From Eledone cirrhosa (lineage: Eukaryota), in assembly GCA_964016885.1 (NCBI GenBank), contig OZ024742.1:298406001-298470000 (forward strand): a DNA stretch of 64,000 bases. Reading direction: 5' to 3'. The position numbers were made by a program, and so were the translations under genes. The notes below the pieces were generated by a model. The model was not told the origin of the DNA. It was given only the letters and a program-made list of their open reading frames with translations, and ran no database searches. Positions 56,279-64,000 of this stretch are shown piece after piece (the stretch's first letter is position 1; every line of letters begins with the position of its first letter).

Positions 56279-56944
56279 AATGTTCTTACATAAAATGATA
56301 ATGTCTGAAATTTACTTGACCACTTTAAAATTCGAAGTGTTGAGTTATAAAAGTCCTAATTTGGTTTAACGTCAGTTGAGGTCAAAAGAGTTAATATACT
56401 GATATTTACAAGAATGCTACATTTATTACAAGAATGAGTGTTGTGTCTTTGAAAATCAATATTTAGTCTGTTTATAAAATTGCAAAATCCACTGTTTACC
56501 TAGAAACATATTTATAGAAAAGATTAAGTGAATCTATTTTAAATGAATTAAGTTTTTGCTTAACATGTCAAGTAACAAGATTTGTTTAAGAACTTAGTTG
56601 AAATATGTAAAAAATGTTTACAGATTTAATACCATCGCCAACAACAAAGAGATCCTCTTGTTCAAATGAGAAAAATACAAACTAAAATGTATGCATTATA
56701 ATTGTAGTGATGTATTGTATGCAATGAAGCATTTCAAATGAAAGGGAACATATTGTGATAACTTGCAAAGAATGGGTTAAATATATGGCTTTGATCTACA
56801 TAATCTACTTGAGAGACATGCTGAAGGTGATAGCTAAACACAAGATATATAAGATGTCAGAATCTTAATATATAAAAACACTACGACATACAGACATGGA
56901 AACAAATACATGTGATATTAAATGTAAGGAATTTGATTGGCCTA

Positions 56945-57085
56945 ATTGGCAGTATTGGTCCTTTCCATTCTGAGTTCAAATCCCGCCAAGGTTAACTTTG
57001 CCTTTCATCCTTATGGAGTCGATAGAATAAAGTACCAGTAATACACTAGGTAATTGCTGGCCTTGTGCCTAACGTAGAAAACAAT
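56945..57085 (+). mobile_element. Nin-domain SINE, deleted head
   Basis: ttggcagtattgg..gagttcaaatcccgcc..tttcatccttatggagtcgatag..ggccttgtgcc. Confidence 0.75.
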
Positions 57086-57254
57086 TTGATTGGCCTAATT
57101 GTTAGAAAGACATTTGCAGTCTGAGTTCATATCTAGCTGAGGTTCACTTCGTGCTTAAACCACTTGGAGTTGATGAAGAAAGCCATTTAGTTGTCACTTC
57201 TTGGATGTTCTATTGGATTAACTATATTTACTATGGTATTTTCAGGGTAAAGGC

Positions 57255-57412
57255 TTTATCTCACAATATATTGAATCTATGAGATTTTGGTATTATTTAT
57301 TTTGAGAACAATACCTTAACGTCGGTATGAGTGGTCGGTTACAGCCGGTTAGTATATAAATAGATGAGAGAATTCTAGCCGGATACAGCCAGTTTAAATG
57401 CTAAAGAGTTAA
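57255..57412 (-). mobile_element. End of the piggyBac-type MITE family seen at 5497
   Basis: Reverse-complement similarity to 5497-5645; ends gctaaagag|TTAA. Confidence 0.65.
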
Positions 57413-58267
57413 GAAAGAGATGGTCTGGAAAGTGTCTGTCTGTTTGTGAACACATGGAAACCCAGAACATTTAGTGAAAGTATGATAGATGCTACCATGA
57501 TATTCTCATCTGCACATAATAGCCAAATATATTAAGAAATGTGTAATGGTCAGATAACAGACAAACCACAAATAGAGCATGTATACTTTCAGACAAGCTA
57601 GTTAGAGGAAATTGTATGATAGCTTCCACATATGACATGATAGATGTCAGATATCATGAGATATGCCATGTAAAAATACAGAAGTTGTTCAATATAATTC
57701 AGAAACAGCATCAGATCACTTTCACATAACCAATAACAGAAAACTCAAAGCCATTATGCAAACTTGATTGAATTCTCAAATATACCTTGCAGTAGTGAAG
57801 TATTCATATAAAAAGTTGATAAGTGAATATTCAAAATATTAATCTTAGTAATAATGTTATTTACAACAGACGTCTGTTGGTTGCGTCTTTCTTAAGATAA
57901 TTAATATTTTTGAATACACATCCACTGCATGGCCCCTTGGGCAGTGTCTTCTATAGCCTAAGCTTCACTAATTGCTTTTGAGGGAAATTTGGTAGACAGA
58001 ATGTATGGAGACCCATCTTATATAAAGCTGTGTGTATCTAGTTTAGAATAGGTATGTTGTATCCCAGCATGTTGTAAGAAATTATTAAAAAGGTTAACAT
58101 CTGGAAGGGCACCTAGTTGTAATATATTGTCTCAAACCATCCCATCCAACCCATGCCAGCATGGAAAATGGATGTAAAATGATATATATACATATATATA
58201 CAAACATACACACCATTATCTTCACCATTTAACATCTATACAGTATATATATATATATATATATATG

Positions 58268-58884
58268 TGAATGTATATATAGTGTATTTTGCAATACACT
58301 GTATGCTTAATTAAAAGCATTTCGAAGACCGTACGCTATTGTTTTAGAGTAGTGACAGTCTCACTTACTTTAATTTTCAGCAAACAGGGGAGATAAAGCT
58401 GATAGAGCTCTGTTTCGCACTTATTGGTGCTTATCAAAGCTAAGTACTCCGCCTGTTTGCTGGAAATCATGAATGTTTGATTCTTATAGAATTCTAGTAA
58501 TAATCAGGAACTGATTATACAGAGCAGTTGCCGGTCAAGCAGAAATTGAAAATTTGAATTGGTATTCTGAAATAGCGATATATATATGAATGTATATATA
58601 GTGTATTTTGCAATCAGTTACTAGAATTCTATAAGAATCAAACATTCATGATTTCCAGCAAACAGGCGGAGTACTTAGCTTTGATAAGCACCAACAAGTG
58701 CGAAACAGAGCTCTGTCAGCTTTATCTCTCCTGTTTGCTGAAAATTAAAGTAAGTGAGACTGTCGCTACTCTAAAATAATAGCGTAAGGTCTTCGAAATG
58801 CTTTTAATTAAGCATACAGTGTATTGCAAAATACACTATATATATACATTCATATATATATCGGTATTTCAGAGCACCAATTCT
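58268..58884 (-). mobile_element. Hammerhead-bearing retrozyme-like element: ~319-bp unit with partial tandem repeat plus inverted copy, in (TA)n
   Basis: tgaatgtatatatagtgtattttgcaat at 58268 and 58587; about 58617-58884 is the reverse complement of the left part. Confidence 0.85.
58656..58740 (+). ncRNA. Type I hammerhead ribozyme with U3-A8 core (mirror copy about 58378-58461, minus)
   Basis: Extended stem I cagcaaacagg..agct / agct..cctgtttgctg; TTGATAA; stem II gcac/gtgc; GAAA; palindromic stem III acagagctctgt; GUC cleavage after 58717. Confidence 0.82.
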
Positions 58885-58896
58885 AATATATATATA

Positions 58897-59033
58897 TAGG
58901 AAAATGTTCAAGACCCCAACTTGAGATTGCATTGGGGTCTTGAACATTTTCCTATTACCTACTCTACTACCCTAAGTATTGAGTACTCTGGTGCATTATG
59001 GTCCACATGGTTCCTTACCACACTTCCTTCGTT
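58897..59033 (+). mobile_element. TA-inserted element with a 24-bp 5' hairpin, same family as 40137
   Basis: ataggaaaatgttcaagaccccaa / ttggggtcttgaacattttcctat, then sequence matching 40190-40274. Confidence 0.75.
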
Positions 59034-59094
59034 ATATATATATATATATATATATATAAGAGGCAGTGTGCAAAGGCTTTGCAAGTCCTCCGAG

Positions 59095-59342
59095 ATTGGT
59101 GCAATTGATGCTGTAATGCTCAAGCTGAAAGTTTAATTTTTTTCAAGACATGAGCAGGGTGAGAGTTCCAGTGAGCCAATTTTCTGGCCAGGAAGTATTG
59201 GGCATAGTGGATAGTATTGAGTTTAGTGCAGGCCTGGACATAACATAGGTGCTGAGAGAAGGGGAAATGAGTGAGTTGGGAGTGTTTGAATAGAGGCGAC
59301 TCTGGAGAGTAGAACCCATGATAGTCGTTGTAGAAAAGGCCT
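59095..59342 (-). pseudogene. 3' end of a CR1/Jockey-group LINE
   Basis: FYNDYHGFYS..H..V...TIHYAQYFLARKLAHWNSHPAHV resembles the post-RT SFF.R...WN.LP motif. Confidence 0.55.
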
Positions 59343-62244
59343 AGAAATAAATAAATAAACAATATGAAATGCAGTTCATTATTTAGATCTAAGAAAAAAT
59401 GTCTCTTTTGACATAATTATATTATGATGGAATAGTTTTCCCCATTTATTCATTTTATTCTATTTTTGTAAATTTCTTTCTTTCTTAAATTCATATATCA
59501 TAGGAAATTTGAAAAAAAAATCCCATCTATACAAATTTCCCATCGGACTACAGTTGGTTAAATTGTCAATTGGGAGCAATGAAAATTGATTCAATGTCCG
59601 TTTCAGATATCTGTTTTCTTCACCAATTTGAAATGTTTTCAATAGGCATAAGATGAACTATATAAAAAAGAGTTCAATAGAATAACTCAGTATTGTTATT
59701 TTTTGTTGTGTTTATTTTATATATATGTGCTCTGATAGCAACAATTTTGTTTATAAAAAATATCTTAAGTTTGTTGGTTTGATAAGTGAGTTTGGAAGGA
59801 GAGAAAAAAATGAAGAAAAGTAATATATTTTTTTTCAAATATTGATCAGAAAAATAAATAATTGAAACATAAAAATAGAAAATAAAATTAAATGAAATTA
59901 TAAGAAGTACATAAATATTTAATGAAAGTACATGGCAGATTTTATAATTAATTGCTATTATCTTGAACTAGAAGATGACTAGTTGAAAGCACAAGTTAAT
60001 TTCCTGATATAGTAAATTATTTTAAAAAAAACATATTTATTTTGGTAAGCTACAAGGGACATAAAAATAACTATGGAAACATCCAATTGGAAATGTAATT
60101 CAGAATTTATATGAAGTGGAAGTATGATAGAGTAGATAGGTTATATGATGGATTCTAAGTTGATTTTGACAATAAGCATTCCGTTGTTCGATCACTTGAT
60201 TGTCTGATTTGTGAATTAATTTCCAAGCAGAATATTCTTTCCTCATATATGAGTACACTTAGCGTAATTCTCAAGCTGAATCTGTATGATAATATGTGAT
60301 AAGGTTTGATCTGAGAATATGGTAAAGACCCTTGCCCAAGTTACAATACAGTGGAACCAAACCAAGACCTCCTGATTATAGAGCAAACTTATTAAACATT
60401 CTGCCATGTATCCTCAGGTAGATTAAATTGATTGTGGATAGGAGTAATTAGAGTTCAATGGTTAGACAAAGATGAAAATGGAACCAATTATGTTGTGTAT
60501 AAACCTAACTACTACTTAGGCCAGATGGTGGGGTATATGGACCAGTTGGTGTATAAGTTTGAAGCAGCCTATTTCTATTGTTAGAGGCAAAGAACAGATA
60601 CTTTGGTAAACAACTCCTGACCAAGGGCTAAATAACAACTAGTACTCCTACTTATATTATGATTTTATTCAACTTTCAGCTATCTTAAATGCTTTTATAT
60701 CACATGCTAAAAAATGAATATTTAGAAAACCCAAGAATAAATATTTTGAGTCACACATTTAGGTTAGACAAGTGTTTCCGTAAAGGAGGTTCTGAGAAAG
60801 CCCAAGCTTCTACATAAAATGTCCAAAGTTCCACATGAAAAGATGTCATTCAATAAACTTTATTGCATGTTTTTTTTGTTTTTTTTATATGAATAAATTC
60901 TCTATCTAAAAGTATTTCTGTTTTATTTAATATTTTATTTAAATTGTCTAAAATATAATTATGTGGTCAGTGATTTTGGAAAACTGTGTAAGATTTACTC
61001 AACAAAATAAGTTTTGGAACCACTAAATAAGACAAACATAAAATCTCTTTACAAATCTGACGAATTTAATGTAATAATATTGTTTGTAAATCCATGAAAG
61101 ATGTTAATATTAAACAATATTCTTTTAGCTATACTGATATTGTTTTTTATTAATCCTTTTAAATACCTTACTTTATTACTAATTCAATATGTTCTTTCAG
61201 CTTCAAAATATATTATTTACTTATGTGATTCTCATCAAACAAAATAAGAGGCAAGCCAACTATACTGAGAAAGAAGACAAAGATATGAAATAAATATTAC
61301 AAAATGTTTCTTCCTTGAATTTACTGTCTCTGGAGAAATTTTATCTGAATAAATCCACCTGCAGAGATGTTTTACATTTATTAATGGAAAATGAAATTCA
61401 TGAGAATAAATATTGATTATTCTCCAAATGATCAACTACTCAATAGTTAATATATATTGCCAAGTGATATTTGAAAACTGTCAACACAGGGAGATTTTGG
61501 ATAAAATTTATATTGCAATGAATGACAAAAATTAAAAATAAAAATAAAAGATTACGTTCAAACGATATAAAGTTCAGTTGTAAATCTCTTAGTATAACAT
61601 GGAATATTATGTTTTCTGTAACAAGAAAAAAGAAAGATTGAATAGTCCGGGCCGATGTCCTGGTATTTAACACCATAGGCTAATTCTATATGGTATGCCC
61701 GTTTCTCACAGTTATTCTCTCAAATAATATAGTTTTAACTTCCAATTTGTCAAGCTGACAAACCTAGTTTTTGATGCTTCTTGCTTTGACTATACTGAAA
61801 AAATTATTAAAAGCCTACTACCACACTCAACCATGGTAAATCATAATACATCCAACTCTTTCAAGCCACTTTAGATGTTTCCACAATGTTGCTACATGAC
61901 AAAGATGTTTAGTGATTATAATCACTAAACATATTGATCATAAAACATTATTATATCTTTGATTTAATTATAGAAATTTATATAAAACTGATCCTTTGAA
62001 TGTCTTTATACTAGGTGGCTACCTAATAGGCCTTAATGGTAGCACTATCTCTGGATATAGGTTCAGCCACAACTGTATGATCTAGGAGCCTGCTTTGTAG
62101 CCATGTATTTGCAGATCACGTCCTTTGTATGCAACCTTGGGAAAGTGGCTTCTACTATAGCCTTGTATTGACCAATGCACTGTGAGGGAAATTTGGCAGA
62201 TGTGAACTGCTGGGGGGGGCTCATGATATATATATAACCACAAA

Positions 62245-62518
62245 ATACATCCGGCCCACACGGTAAAGTGGCCATGTGGGTGTCACAATAAAAAGCACCC
62301 AGCCCACACTGTAAAATGGTTGTGTAGGTGTCATAGAAAAAGCACCCCTACTCTGTAAATGTGATTGGCATTAGGAAGGGTATCCAGCCATAATAACCTA
62401 GCCAGAATTAGTTCTATATGAGCAAGATATGGTCATCTGACCCAACTTGCCTCTAATGGGACAACCTGTCTAACCCATGCTAGCGTGGAAAATGAATGTT
62501 AAACGATGATAATGATGA
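62245..62518 (+). mobile_element. Non-autonomous bipartite RTE derivative
   Basis: aaaagcacccagcccacactgtaaa repeats, aggaagggtatccagc, cccatgctagcgtggaaaatgaatgttaaacgatgat. Confidence 0.7.
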
Positions 62519-62690
62519 TATATAGATTAAAGAATTATTGGAACTTAAAAAATAACAATGGATTACCACCTGGAATATTATCTCGGAGGACTCATTTATC
62601 TGGTAAGCTGCCTCTTCATTAACAGTTGCATAATCACTCCACTGGTTTGATTTTACCAACAAAAAATGAAAATTACCTTATCTTCTTTTT

Positions 62691-62747
<57 letters not shown>

Positions 62748-62749
62748 CA

Positions 62750-63057
62750 TCATCTCATTTCATCATCTCATTTTACGTCCACTTTTCCCTGCTTGCAAGG
62801 GTGGGACGGGAACTGATTCTGGCTTGATTTCTACAGCTGGATGCCCTTCCTAACACCAACCTCATTTACAGTGAGTGCTGGGTGCTTTTTTGCCGTGGCA
62901 CCTCCACGACCACTTTACAGTGGAATGATAGGGACCCCAGTCCCTATCATCTCATTTCTACAGCTGAGTAAACTGGAGCAATGTGAAATAAAGTGCCTTG
63001 CTCAAGGAAACAACACATCACCCGGTCTGAGAATTGAACTCAGACCGGGTGATGTGT
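62750..63057 (-). mobile_element. CORE-like SINE family 2, truncated at the tRNA T-arm with a 19-bp fold-back
   Basis: Reverse of 32645-32915; acacatcacccggtctgag / ctcagaccgggtgatgtgt around aattgaa. Confidence 0.85.
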
Positions 63058-63058
63058 A

Positions 63059-63136
<78 letters not shown>

Positions 63137-64000
63137 TATATGAATGAGTCAGAATGTGTGTGTGTGGGTGTGTGTCTGCATGTCTGTGTCGCTGTTTATT
63201 GTTTGTTTATGTCTCAATAAAAAGAGATTGATAAAATAAGTACTGGTGTTGATAAGATTGACTAAATGTTTTCAAAATGTTGTCCTGGCATGACTACAGT
63301 CTAATGCCTGAAACCAGCAATAAAGTAAAAGAGATAAAATATTGAACTATTAATTCTTGGTTTGTGTGTTGAGATCTTATTGCACGTATTTAATCATAGA
63401 TATTTATCTTTTCAAATTTATAATCATAGTCTTTAAATTGTAATTATATTTTAATTGAAATCAGTTGTTTTAATTGTAATTATAAATGGTTTTATAATAA
63501 ATAAACAATCTAAGTTTTAATTACAGATAGCTTCATTAGAAATGAAAAGTATAGAAATTTTAGCTTGCAATTATAAATTATCTAACCTAGTTTAAGGACA
63601 GGGGTTATAGTTTTGGCTTTGAAGAAGAAAAATTATTATTAGGTTTTACAGTTCTTACATCTATTTCTATAACACCATATGTCAGTTGCAAGGTAGTGCA
63701 TTACCGAGCTCTTGGGTTAGATTAACAACATTTTCAAATTGCCTCCCACCTCACTGCCACACTAAATATTCAAATTGACCCTCTGTGGGGCATGTGACCC
63801 AGGTTGAGAATCATTGCTATAGAGGTTGTTGAAGTTCTTGCAAACGGAAACAATATTTTAGATTTTTTTAAATTCCTATACATTTATGCAAACTATAGTA
63901 TTCTTTTACATAAAGTTTTCATTCACTTGTAATTCATAAGATAATATGGATAGGTAAAATGCAGAGCCTCTGAGAGAAATTTTTTAGAGAAAAAACAAGA

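Noticed and set aside
58741-58840. Second hammerhead (GAAA tgctt..aagca TA)
   Set aside because: Good stem III but no correctly placed CUGANGA or stem I.
61905-61932. 28-bp palindrome (also about 40651-40700)
   Set aside because: Real but short and AT-rich with no element features; probably local template switching.
63755-63822. hAT-like right end (gttgagaatcattg|ctatagag)
   Set aside because: No matching left TIR or TSD identified.

Overview
AT-rich, non-genic eukaryotic (animal) DNA. The repeat families resemble those of octopus/cephalopods; this is inference from SINE and LINE types, not a database match. I found no convincing host-gene exon, and most of the listed short ORFs are microsatellite or antisense artefacts. 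The window is a mosaic of transposable elements. It holds four large RTE-clade LINE copies, three of which retain a C4HC3 PHD-type finger inside the RT. It also holds a near-intact Naiad-type Penelope-like element (RT + GIY-YIG) with an inverted pLTR, a Helitron RepHel relic split by a 3-kb non-autonomous hAT element with an 8-bp TSD, CRE and CR1-like LINE ends, piggyBac- and Tc1/mariner-type MITEs, and at least three tRNA-SINE families. The most striking signal is a set of short, non-coding, mutually unrelated fold-back elements embedded in (TA)n tracts. Three carry complete type I hammerhead ribozymes, one with a compensatory U3-A8 core. They share the Naiad element's geometry, with the inverted copy on the 5' side of the ribozyme strand. 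They look like a retrozyme/non-autonomous PLE system targeted to TA microsatellites.
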